From positions 1-55,503 of the IMG/VR virus record IMGVR_UViG_3300026851_000044: a stretch of 55,503 nt of DNA; one strand, 5' to 3'. Position numbers and translations under genes: made by a program. The stretch is from a virus. Lineage: Duplodnaviria > Caudoviricetes. The notes under the pieces were generated by a model. That model saw nothing but the letters and a program-made list of their open reading frames with translations, searched no databases and was not told where the DNA came from. How positions within the stretch are numbered: position 1 is the first letter of the stretch; every line of letters starts with the position of its first letter. Below are positions 1 to 9,121 of this stretch, piece by piece.

Positions 1-798
1 TCACTGAAAGGCTGTGCCAATCCTCGATCGATCGGATGAGTACCAGATTCCGGTGACTTTACCGGTAATGTCTTCGAGTGCGACCTGGCCCATAAAGCGG
101 CTGTCGTTACTGCTGTCGCGGTTATCACCGAGCAGATAAACATGATCTTTCTCGACCACCGTCTGCGGCGTTTGCAGATAACGAGGATCCTTCACGCGAT
201 CTGGCGGTGCAAAGAACAGCCCCATGTTTTCGCCGTTGCGAATGACCTTACCGTCAACAATCGACAAGGTATCGCCACCCACCGCCGCCACACGTTTGAC
301 CGCCTCCGTGCCGTTGTAGCGATAAGTCACAATGTCGCCCACCTGCGGCGCGTCGATGCGCATTTTGGTGACGATATAGTCACCGATCGAAAGGGTTGGA
401 ACCATCGAGCCAGAGGGGATGAAGTAAGTCTTGAACCCCAGCGTCGGGCCTCTCAATGGCCCCAAAAGAATCAGCGTGAGAATGACCAGCGCCACCACGT
501 AAAGCACATGGAAACGGGTGCTGGGGCTGTTCACCGGACGGTCGTTTCTACGCACCGATATCGCAGCCGCCGTGGCCGAGCCGAGTTTCACCAGGACGAT
601 AAACGTAGCGAAGACATACAGGCCCACTGGCGTGGCAGGCACCCCGCAGACACCGAGTAAAATCACACCGAGATAGAGCAAAGCGGCAACACGCACCGCC
701 CACTTCACCTGACCGGCATACACCAGACCCCAACCGGCGACCAGGCACGACATCACAAATGCTTGCAGCGGTAACTTCGGCTTATCAGGAGCAGACAT
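1..798 (-). CDS. Signal peptidase I (S26) with extended N-terminal membrane region
   Basis: PSGSMVPTL catalytic Ser motif, VKRV Lys motif, GDNRDSSNDSR box; several N-terminal TM segments. Confidence 0.9.
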   Translation of the reverse strand: MSAPDKPKLPLQAFVMSCLVAGWGLVYAGQVKWAVRVAALLYLGVILLGVCGVPATPVGLYVFATFIVLVKLGSATAAAISVRRNDRPVNSPSTRFHVLYVVALVILTLILLGPLRGPTLGFKTYFIPSGSMVPTLSIGDYIVTKMRIDAPQVGDIVTYRYNGTEAVKRVAAVGGDTLSIVDGKVIRNGENMGLFFAPPDRVKDPRYLQTPQTVVEKDHVYLLGDNRDSSNDSRFMGQVALEDITGKVTGIWYSSDRSRIGTAFQ

Positions 799-879
799 AA
801 ATTCTCTTCACGTAAATAGCTGACAATCAAGCGCCCGGCCTATTGAGCCAATAGGGCGCTACGGGCAATGCAGAGGGGG

Positions 880-1287
880 TTATTTAGCGGAAAAATAACC
901 GGTCGTGCGCAATTGCAGGCTGTACACCCAGATACCAAACACCAGTGCATATTCTTTGAACATCGGCAGCGTAAGCAGATGCACAACCGAACCGCTGTTC
1001 ATTTGCGACAGAGAGAAGGCGATCCCCAACATCAACGCGAGAATAAAGCACAGAGAGCTGATCTTCTTTCTCGCCAGCAACAGCAAGCCGCCGACAAACA
1101 TCAACAATGCCACCACGCAGACGTTCAACAACATCAGGAACGAAATATCCCCTTCCCGCGCTTGCTGAAACCCGTCATGAGCCACCCACAGACCGGCCTG
1201 AATCAATACGACAAAGCAATAAAAAACGGCCATGAAGACAACGGCGGGACGTGTGTTGTACCAAGCTCGGGACGATGTAGCTTCCAT
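880..1287 (-). CDS. Hypothetical multi-pass membrane protein
   Basis: 135 aa, about 4 hydrophobic segments, GGAG RBS upstream, same strand as the peptidase. Confidence 0.6.
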   Translation of the reverse strand: MEATSSRAWYNTRPAVVFMAVFYCFVVLIQAGLWVAHDGFQQAREGDISFLMLLNVCVVALLMFVGGLLLLARKKISSLCFILALMLGIAFSLSQMNSGSVVHLLTLPMFKEYALVFGIWVYSLQLRTTGYFSAK

Positions 1288-1434
1288 GGTGCGGCGACTC
1301 CTGAGTAAAGGCGCGGAATGCTACTAAATGGCCATCACCCTGTCCATTTCCACGCCCTCCTCCCGGCTGCTTTGCCCAGCGCGAACAGCCCCTCCGTGAC
1401 AACGGCTGAGCCGTTCGCCACAAAGGGGGCTGAT

Positions 1435-1797
1435 TTACGCTTTCACCTCAACGTTATCCAACGCCTGATTCACCGCCAATTCCCCCAACATCACCACCTG
1501 CGCGATGCCCAAAGCGGTTTTTCGGTGCGAGGGTTCGAGTGCGGCGGCGAAGTTGTTGAGCATTTCCGAGGCGGAACTCAGCGTTTCACTGGCATTGGCC
1601 AGCAGGGATTCTGAGTCGTATTTGGGGTTTGCGAAGTACATGCGTTCGGGTTCGTTGACGCTGGACATGATGTGGCCGGCGGGAAGGAGGTAGTGATCGA
1701 GGGCGCGCTCGGCGGCTTCGTGGAGCTTTTTGGAGTTGAGGGATTCGTAGGGGGATGCGGGATCGGTTTCTGGTGGGTTGGGCGTTACTTTGAACAT
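1435..1797 (-). CDS. DUF6124/DUF3077-like small protein (multicopy Pseudomonas family)
   Basis: Characteristic MFKVTPNPP...AAERALDHYL...LANASETL sequence. Confidence 0.8.
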   Translation of the reverse strand: MFKVTPNPPETDPASPYESLNSKKLHEAAERALDHYLLPAGHIMSSVNEPERMYFANPKYDSESLLANASETLSSASEMLNNFAAALEPSHRKTALGIAQVVMLGELAVNQALDNVEVKA

Positions 1798-1854
1798 AGA
1801 TGGAACCTCTAGCGCGATTACTAAAAGAAGCCATCACCCACGCTACCAAACGAT

Positions 1855-1935
1855 GGGTGGCGGCCATACGCGGGTTGGTAGACCGGTCGCACTAGAACCC
1901 GGCGCCCACGAATGGGCCCCACGCATGACCACCAT
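1855..1935 (-). ncRNA. C4-type antisense RNA in the leader of the DUF6124-like gene
   Basis: Three-way-junction layout AUGGUGGUCAUGCGUGGGGCCC...CCGGUCUACCAACCCGCGUAUGGCCGCCACC; its CUACCAA is complementary to UUGGUAG sites at 1841-1852 and 1995-2010. Confidence 0.65.
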
Positions 1936-2162
1936 GAAATCCGAGTCCTAGGGAAGCGACTGAAATTGGTGATGCAATGCATCTAGACACGAAGCGGGCT
2001 ACCAAACCCGATCACTGGTTTTCAGTGATGTTGGGACGATAGAACCTGCGGGCTAGACGCACAAGCCGGGAGATTCTGTCTTAGGTGTAGGGGGAAGAGC
2101 AAGGGAGTGTAGGCTCAAGACTGCAGCAACAGGCTTCATTTAAACAAAAGTGTTTTTTCTGT

Positions 2163-2409
2163 TTGGAAAGGCTCTACGAACAAGGTGATCGATTCAATAA
2201 CGCGTTCCGCAAGATCTTTCAAGCGGGCCTGAACAAGGACAAAGTAGGCAAAGCCAATGACCTCGCCAAATCCACCGGCAAGGGAGTCTCTTTCAAATTT
2301 ACCGATGAAAACGGAAATTTCGCCGGACTGGAAAACCTCTACGCCCAAGTCGAGAAGCTGAAGGCGTTCAACGACGAAGAACGCACGACAATCACCAAAG
2401 AGCTGTTCG
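2163..2409 (+). pseudogene. Internal fragment of a phage tail tape-measure gene
   Basis: NAFRKIFQAGL...FTDENGNFAGLENLYAQVEKLK...KELFGD resembles Pseudomonas tape-measure sequence; no proper start. Confidence 0.55.
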
Positions 2410-2811
2410 GTGACGCTCAGCTACACCTTGGCCATTGGCCGGCCGGACCTGATTCCGGAACTGACCTACACGCTCGAAGGTGTGAAGCCGGAAATTGACG
2501 AAATCATCTGGTATGGCGGGAACGTGCAGCACACGCTCAGCGCGGACAACGGTTACACCGTCGGTTTGGAGCTGGAGAGCAAGCTGCCGGAGGACACTGT
2601 TGAGGGGCTAGCAGAAGAGCATGAGGGGGACTTCACGGGGATCATCGCGTACTACCGCGACAATGAGACCGGGAGGGAAAAGACGGTGATGGCTGGAGAT
2701 CAGAGCAAGCCGAGGCGGTTGCGGTGGTTGTACTCAAGTGACAGGACGGCAAAGCGTGCTGTCGATCGAGAGTGGTCAAAACTCCAATCTAAAAGAACTC
2801 CGGCAAATTAG
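2410..2811 (+). pseudogene. 3' fragment of a phage late control D-like tail gene
   Basis: LSYTLAIGRPDLIPE...VQHTLSADNGYT and AYYRD...RLRWLY...AKRAVDREW gpD-like C-terminus; N-terminus missing. Confidence 0.65.
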
Positions 2812-3382
2812 CTTTCAAAATAGCCAGTGACATCGCCTCCGGCGCACGAAACCATATGTTGTAAGCCATCAGCAGGCCCGTTATTTCCTTGTCTTGGACC
2901 TTCCAATAAAGATGCTCAAAGCCTTGGACCTTGACGAAAAAATTCAGCATTTCATTGCTGAAGGTATAAAACTCGTCGTGATCTAGGCCGAAAGCTTCCG
3001 CTGACTCAAGCAGTTTTAGGTAGTAAAAAGCGACCTCATCTTGATCGTCACCACCTTGTGCCCCTATTGGCAAACTGAAATCAGGTCGCCCATTGAATCC
3101 CTCATGTGCGATCTTGTGACATGCATAACAAAGCGTGATCCCATTGCCGGTTTCGTATCTAGCATGTGGAAGCAAGGTTCTTCTGAACACATGATGCGCC
3201 TGAATCCGATCGTCAGAGCTGCAGACTACACATTGCTGGCCGTCTCTAGCCCTAATAAATCGACTCCAAAGCGACAAACACCACCTGTCAGATCGCTTGT
3301 TTACGACCGCTCTAAGCAATCTTTCCCTGAGCCTCCTCAACTGCTCCTGATCAATTACAGGTCCTCCAGAACAACACATCAT
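2789..3382 (-). CDS. HNH endonuclease domain protein
   Basis: RDGQQCVVC...AHH...NGITLCYACH zinc-finger HNH motif; start uncertain. Confidence 0.8.
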   Translation of the reverse strand: MMCCSGGPVIDQEQLRRLRERLLRAVVNKRSDRWCLSLWSRFIRARDGQQCVVCSSDDRIQAHHVFRRTLLPHARYETGNGITLCYACHKIAHEGFNGRPDFSLPIGAQGGDDQDEVAFYYLKLLESAEAFGLDHDEFYTFSNEMLNFFVKVQGFEHLYWKVQDKEITGLLMAYNIWFRAPEAMSLAILKANLPEFF

Positions 3383-3497
3383 TCACTCCTTAGTCATCAA
3401 ACGCGCGTTACGCCGGCCACGTTCACGAAATGCCCCCCAACCAAAAAATATTTCCGATTGAAACAGCTCTCAAAGGTGACGAGTATGGCAAGTAGCC

Positions 3498-3850
3498 ATG
3501 ACTCAAAGCCATCTAATGAGAGGAAAAATTTTGGAGAGTCAAAAAGCCCCACTTTCTACTTTTGAGCCTAAAAAGAAAAAACGAAATCCTCCATGGACAC
3601 GGGACGAGTTGATTCTTGCTCTTGATCTCTATCTCCGCCATCGACTGTCAACGCCCCACGATGCTCACCAAGACGTCGCTGAACTCTCCGCTTTCCTAGG
3701 CCGAATGGGGAAATTACTCGGCATTGCTAGTCAGGAGACGTTTCGAAATGAGAATGGCGTGACCATGAAAATGAGTAACTTCAGTCGACTTGATCCAGCG
3801 TACACCGCTGACGGTAAAGTCGGCCTGCAAAGAGGGAATCAGGACGAGCA
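3498..3850 (+). pseudogene. Truncated N-terminus of an McrA-like/HNH restriction endonuclease
   Basis: RNPPWTRDELILALDLY...RNENGVTMKMSNF N-terminal motif; protein-like sequence ends near 3850 and no HNH domain follows. Confidence 0.6.
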
Positions 3851-4000
3851 GGGACAAATAGGGGACAGACCACAATATTCAATCGCTACGTCACACCTCA
3901 TCAGCGAGCAAGAGCACGGAGTAACAACGCGTAAGCCTCCGTCCTATCCCAATCCTGATAAACTCCCCCACCTTCGCCCCTCTGATCCAGATTCCCCCAA

Positions 4001-4066
4001 ATGCCTCTACAACCCGCCCCACTCTCCCGCCGCTTCTCCGTCGCCCCGATGATGGATTGGACGTAG
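4001..4066 (+). pseudogene. dusA: Displaced 5' stub of dusA (left att junction)
   Basis: Translates MPLQPAPLSRRFSVAPMMDWT*, the conserved DusA N-terminus, stopping just after the att core CCGATGATGGAT (4046-4057). Confidence 0.85.
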
Positions 4067-4208
4067 TCCCTCGTCTGCACCCCGGACAGCCTGGCCGTGC
4101 CCTCAAAGACACAATGCTTTGTAGCAATCTCTAAGCATGCAGCAATCACCGCCCATAAAAAGACACTACCGGTACTACGCTTGTCCTTTTTCGACAGCAG
4201 TCGATGCA

Positions 4209-4422
4209 ATGTCAGACGGATACTCGTTGCGAGATGTTCTGGAGAGGATCTATCAGAATCAGCTCGGTCTGGAAGCCTCTTATGGAGCTGACGCTGCACG
4301 CAGAACAGCAAGGTTTCACCGAAGTCGCTGATAACGCTCGCGGCGCTTTGTGGGCGATTGGAGAGAACGCCGGGCACATCAGGCAGGGATTGGCTAAGCT
4401 GAAGGGAAAGACTGGCGGCTAG
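4209..4422 (+). pseudogene. Frameshifted small prophage-end protein
   Basis: MSDGYSLRDVLERIYQNQLGLEA / LMELTLHAEQQG...ENAGHIRQGLAKL in two frames; resembles the intact 8603-8821 protein. Confidence 0.6.
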
Positions 4423-4682
4423 ATACGTAACATTTCTGGACGTGTACCTAAGCCTGCTTTCGGCTAGTAGCAGACGCTTGGCGTAGCGATGCTCTCCACT
4501 GAAGCATCCGTGTGTATCTATTGATGGATAGGCCCTCCGGAGCTAGGCTGATGCAATTTTAATGGCTATGCGCCATACTGATTCGATAGGCGGTTCTGTG
4601 ATCCGCAAAATGAATTTCAAATAAGATTAAACGCATCCCTGCTTTTCGACTCTATGTTCACGCAAGTAGTCTAGGGGTTAGA

Positions 4683-6758
4683 ATGTTAAGGACTATTGAA
4701 AAGTATATGGAAGATCGTCGCCTCCTCGCGTCAGCGGCCCTGTTTCGTCAGCTTCATGAAAATAAAAAAGATGTCTATGACGTATTGGCCCAATTTATTC
4801 GCTCTTCGATCAGCTGGAGCTCTTCATGGAGCTTCAATGTCACAGAATGCTCTGACATTCTAGAGAAATATTTCGGCTTTAAGATTCCTGACGCAGTTAT
4901 TCGTACATGTCTGAAAAAACGCCTCAAGCGTGCGGGTGAGTTATCACTAAACAACGGTATCTACGCCACTACCGAAACCTTTATTAGAGCCGACTCGCTT
5001 AAAGATGACTATACAAGCATCCAAAGCGAACAACGCTTCATAATAGACACTTTAACCGATCATGTTGAAAGAGTAACCGAAAGAGCGCTAAGTAATTCTG
5101 AACGCAACCAGCTTTCCGCAGATTTTCATTCTTATTTTTTAGGCGGGCTAAAACCTTGTCAAAACTCACTGCTTATCAGTGAGTTCATTGTTAAGTATTC
5201 TAGTGATGTGGAATTTACTGAGAAGCTCAATCGCGTTGAAGAAGGCCTAATCCTTTACGGAGGAATCTGCCACTCCTCCAGCCTAGCCAATCATGAGCCA
5301 TGGCGGAATAATTTCACAATATATCTCGACACAGAAGTACTATTTTTTTCGCAGGGATTCAACGGCACTCTGCATAAAAGTATTTTTGATGACTTTCATG
5401 CGTTGATAAAAGAGATCAACACGCGAACTTCTAATGATGCAAAAATCGAGCTTCGCTATTTTGATGAAGCGAAACGAGAAGTAGAAGATTTCTTCTATGC
5501 GGCCGAGAGGATAGTTGAGCAGCGACAGGAGCCTGACCCCTCTAAACCCGCTATGGTAAACATTACCAATGGCTGCAATAGCGCCGGTGACGTCTTGCTG
5601 AAAAAAGCCAAATTTTATGAAGCACTTCGTCAGCTCCGCATCCACGAAGAAGTCAGCCAAAACTATTATGACCCACCCACCTATGTTGTTGATGATATCG
5701 GAACTTTTCAATTGCTACAGGCTGAACATCCGGATCTGGATCAAGACAAGATTCCAAGCGTATTGCGATTATTCACCAAAGTAAATTATCTACGTCGCGG
5801 CTTGAGCAATCAAGGCCTAGAGCAGTCCGCAGCCATCCTTGTTTCAGGGAAATACATCACACGCGTCCTGGCATTTTCCAAAGCCGTGTTGCAAGAGCCG
5901 AAGCAAATTCCATTTGCCACTGATCTAGACTACCTAACAGAACGTTTATGGTTCAAACTAAATAAGGGATTCGGGGACGGGAAGTTGCCGTCCACCTTCG
6001 ATGTGGTTGCACGAGCGCAGGTGATTTTGTCCACCCAAGCCGGTAGCAAAGTTGCGGAGGACTATAAGTCGCTACTTAGTCAGATAAAATCTGGTGCCAT
6101 GAGTAACGACAGCGCCGGATATTTGCTCTCCGAGCTCCGCTCGCGCACAACAAAACCAGAAGACTTCCAACCAGAAAACGTCGAGGAAGTAGCAGCGTTC
6201 CTACGCAGCGAATTCATCGAGGATGCTCTCCGCCAAAAGGCAGTTCTTCTTCGTAAGGCAGAAGAAGGCGAGATAAGCCGAACTCAGGTTGGCATATTGG
6301 AGGATCAGCTCAAGGAACAGGAGGATCTATCCAAACAGGAGAGAGATATACACCAACAAGAATTTTTTCAAACTCTAAGTCGACATCAAGAGCAACTGCG
6401 TGCACGGGATATTTCTTTCCACAAGGAAAGACTGAAACCGCTCCGCATTGTCGCTGAATATGAGTTCATAGGTTTTACTTTTCTTGCTTACGCCTTCGCG
6501 ATTATTGCCGGTTTGGCAGTTATTCTTTCCCTCCGTGGCCAAAGTGACACTCCACTTGGCATGCTGTCCGTTGCTTTGGGTATTCTGCCTTTGGTAATTA
6601 TGCTTATTAGCGGAAAAGCAATGTCTTCTTACTTCGCTAAGCGTGTCAGGGCACGCTATCGCCGACGTCAACGTCAAAAGATTACAATTCGGAATCTGGC
6701 CAGCTACTCAGAAGAGCGAGTTAATAATGGTTCAGGCCACGGCGAGGCCTCAAACTAA
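4683..6758 (+). CDS. Large hypothetical protein: PIN-like motif, coiled coil, two C-terminal TM helices
   Basis: 691 aa AT-richer ORF; FTIYLDTEVLF motif; Q/E-rich coil; two hydrophobic helices followed by a basic tail. Confidence 0.8.
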   Translation: MLRTIEKYMEDRRLLASAALFRQLHENKKDVYDVLAQFIRSSISWSSSWSFNVTECSDILEKYFGFKIPDAVIRTCLKKRLKRAGELSLNNGIYATTETFIRADSLKDDYTSIQSEQRFIIDTLTDHVERVTERALSNSERNQLSADFHSYFLGGLKPCQNSLLISEFIVKYSSDVEFTEKLNRVEEGLILYGGICHSSSLANHEPWRNNFTIYLDTEVLFFSQGFNGTLHKSIFDDFHALIKEINTRTSNDAKIELRYFDEAKREVEDFFYAAERIVEQRQEPDPSKPAMVNITNGCNSAGDVLLKKAKFYEALRQLRIHEEVSQNYYDPPTYVVDDIGTFQLLQAEHPDLDQDKIPSVLRLFTKVNYLRRGLSNQGLEQSAAILVSGKYITRVLAFSKAVLQEPKQIPFATDLDYLTERLWFKLNKGFGDGKLPSTFDVVARAQVILSTQAGSKVAEDYKSLLSQIKSGAMSNDSAGYLLSELRSRTTKPEDFQPENVEEVAAFLRSEFIEDALRQKAVLLRKAEEGEISRTQVGILEDQLKEQEDLSKQERDIHQQEFFQTLSRHQEQLRARDISFHKERLKPLRIVAEYEFIGFTFLAYAFAIIAGLAVILSLRGQSDTPLGMLSVALGILPLVIMLISGKAMSSYFAKRVRARYRRRQRQKITIRNLASYSEERVNNGSGHGEASN

Positions 6759-6988
6759 GCAATTGTACGAATGGATACATGAACAAACTATGACGCTAAA
6801 CAGTGCACGCATCGGTGCAATGTATTTATGCACATAGTTGCGGACCAGCCTCGAAGAGGCTGGTCAGTTGTGACTTTGTGCTGCCCGTCGCTAGAAATAA
6901 TTCGACGGTTACTGGAACGCCCGCTCTTGCCCGATAGCGACCTTGCTCAAAGTACATCTCGATCTAATGCAGCGATTCAAACGTACCG

Positions 6989-7005
6989 GATAGGGATTCG
7001 AACCC
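6989..7005 (-). other. tRNA T-arm fragment (tRNA-Ser-like), probable att scar
   Basis: Reverse complement GGGTTCGAATCCCTATC; nearby TGCCCTAAA direct repeat (7099-7107, 7110-7118) resembles integrase arm sites. Confidence 0.5.
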
Positions 7006-7200
7006 CTGCCTAAGTCCGCACAAACCGCTTCAGGCCAGTAAATCAGGAGTGAAACCCGTTAACTGATGGCATGTCGCGGCCTATTCCGGCCCACGATCTG
7101 CCCTAAATTTGCCCTAAAACAATCCGCCCCTACAGATACTCGACCATAACGCGCAGCTCCACGATAGTGCGCAACACTGCTTCGTGAATGCCTTCGCCGA

Positions 7201-7440
7201 TCACTGTGCGTGCTCCAGGCGCCGCGCCGTGGCGGCCGCCTCGAAGGTCTTGTACAAACCTTCGATACTGGCCGCGTTCAGTACCTTGACCGTCTCCAGG
7301 CCCAGCACGAAACCTTCGGCGCGATCACTGGCGCGAAATAGATCGTCCGCCGTGTGCGCCAGCTCGATTTGGTGCAGCAGTTTCTGGGTGTGAACCTCCA
7401 CCGCGTTCGGCAGGTTCAATGCGGACAGTGCCTTATCCAT
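7201..7440 (-). CDS. Small hypothetical prophage protein
   Basis: 79 aa, RAEGFVLGLET motif familiar from Pseudomonas prophage ends; RBS present. Confidence 0.7.
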   Translation of the reverse strand: MDKALSALNLPNAVEVHTQKLLHQIELAHTADDLFRASDRAEGFVLGLETVKVLNAASIEGLYKTFEAAATARRLEHAQ

Positions 7441-7769
7441 GCTGCCCCTCGTTCGACTCAGCGCCGTTCACCGGCGGCGCAAACCCCAGCTCGCCGGATT
7501 CGACGTCGATCAGCAGCCAGCCGTCCAGCGGTTGGTTGCTCCCGCCAACAATCAATCCCTGCACCATCAGCCCGTCCGGCAGGATCACCCGCAGCATGTT
7601 GGCGTCCTTGGGACCTTCCAGAAAGTGCACCAGTTCGACACGGGTGCGATCGGGGGGCAATTTTGCTCAAGCGCACCGGGCATTCGAGCGTCGTTAGCTC
7701 GGCGGGCGGACGCCCTTCGTAGCGGGCAATCACGGCAACGGTGGCCAAGCCTTCAAAGACGTGAGACAT
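7433..7769 (-). pseudogene. Frameshifted hypothetical phage gene
   Basis: ORFs 7458-7769 (N-part) and 7433-7660 (C-part) join near a C6 run at about 7652-7657; C-part overlaps the next start. Confidence 0.45.
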
Positions 7770-8319
7770 GAGTCGGGTTCCTAAGCGAGTCAGTAGGCGT
7801 CGAGGGGAAAACCAGAGGGTCTGTTAATGGTGGACCAGCCCTGGGGGGACTGGTTGCCACGACCACAGAAAAAGGCCCCCATACCGGGGTCAGATGTGGG
7901 GGGCCGATTGAACATAGGCTGGAATTCAATGTACCAGCCTTCAAAGGCCACAAAGCGCCTCTGCATGGCGGTCTGTCGGTTGTGTTCCTTGGATGTGCCG
8001 GTCTGGCTGCCATTTGGCTGGCCTTTGCTGATACGATGCGCTCTCGGTCAAGGCAAAACTATGACTGAGCAAATTTTGTGCCTTGGCTTTTTCGCCAGAC
8101 ACAAAAAACCCCATCCCGCGAGGGACAGGGTCTGGCGTTGTTGTAGGGGGAAGACTTGCCGGTACTAGCCCTGCAACGACTAAACCGATGCCTTAGGCAG
8201 AGGTCGTGAGCGAAGTGTGGGCTATTGGGTATAGTTATACAATACCGTAATAGCTGTTGGCAGATAGCTGGCACTCGTTCTCGACTCTCTTGCGTTGGCG
8301 TCCTTTAAAGGAATCAACA

Positions 8320-8478
8320 ATGAGAGAGACAAAAAATCGACGTGTTCGGCGTCGCACACCGCAGCATCTTAGGACAGTCCACGTCAGTGCCTATAGCCGC
8401 AATCGCTTTGGGCACAGGGAGAGCGTGTGTGAGCATTATCGTAGCCCCCCTTGGACTCAGTTGATATTTGAGTTCTAG
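8320..8478 (+). CDS. Small basic protein (52 aa)
   Basis: AAGGA RBS, MRETKNRRVRRR...VHVSAYSRNRFGHRESVCEHYRS; followed by hairpin AGGGGTAGGAAACTACCCCT-TTT. Confidence 0.55.
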   Translation: MRETKNRRVRRRTPQHLRTVHVSAYSRNRFGHRESVCEHYRSPPWTQLIFEF

Positions 8479-8602
8479 GTGGTAGAGGGGTAGGAAACTA
8501 CCCCTTTCCCACGGAGAGCCAAGACTTTGATCTTCCGCTTCCCCCCAAAAAAATGGGTTGCGTGTCCATTAATGGACCACTGGAGCCTAACAGCGCGACT
8601 CC

Positions 8603-8821
8603 CTACGACTGTCGCAGCCGGGTAATCGCATCTGTAATTGCTCTTGCATTTGTGTCCAGGGTTTCCATAGCCGCGATTGCGTTATCGGCAACACCCTGTA
8701 CGCCATTTTCTGAAAGCCATCTAGTGACCTCTTCTATTGCCGCACCCAGAGCATGCTGGTTGTGCAGAAGCAATGTCAGGGCGTCCGCCGTGGCGATGTT
8801 GGAGTCTGAGTTATTTGGCAT
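8603..8821 (-). CDS. Small hypothetical prophage-end protein
   Basis: 72 aa helical, NQHALGAAIEEV...LDTNA; AAGGA RBS. Confidence 0.7.
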   Translation of the reverse strand: MPNNSDSNIATADALTLLLHNQHALGAAIEEVTRWLSENGVQGVADNAIAAMETLDTNARAITDAITRLRQS

Positions 8822-9024
8822 GGATTCGTCCTTGATCGAGGCGTCTGCAGAGACTAGTCCATTGCAACCGGATCATGCCCAATCAATCAGTCACGACACT
8901 CTGTTTTTCGCACCAAAATAGCGCACCAGTCCCATCTCAGTCCCATATGGCCTTTTTTCGCATGCAAAAAACCACAAACCCCCGACTTTCTCTAGGAAAA
9001 TCAGGGGTTTGCGTTTACTGAATG

Positions 9025-9048
9025 TGGCGGTGAAGGAGAGATTCGAAC
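9025..9048 (-). other. 3' fragment of tRNA-Ser (att scar)
   Basis: Reverse complement GTTCGAATCTCTCCTTCACCGCCA = T-loop, acceptor strand and CCA; followed on the minus strand by a terminator-like hairpin and a CAGTCCCAT direct repeat (8927-8946). Confidence 0.75.
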
Positions 9049-9121
9049 GTTCAACACATAGGCGGCCACGGCAAACACTTAGTCACGCATTCATTCGACC
9101 GCAGCCCAAAGCGCACGCTCA

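Noticed and set aside
1340-1430. Possible REP-like element
   Set aside because: Too degenerate and single-copy in this window to support
9025-9048. Intact tRNA gene
   Set aside because: Only the 3' 24 nt are present; no D or anticodon arm
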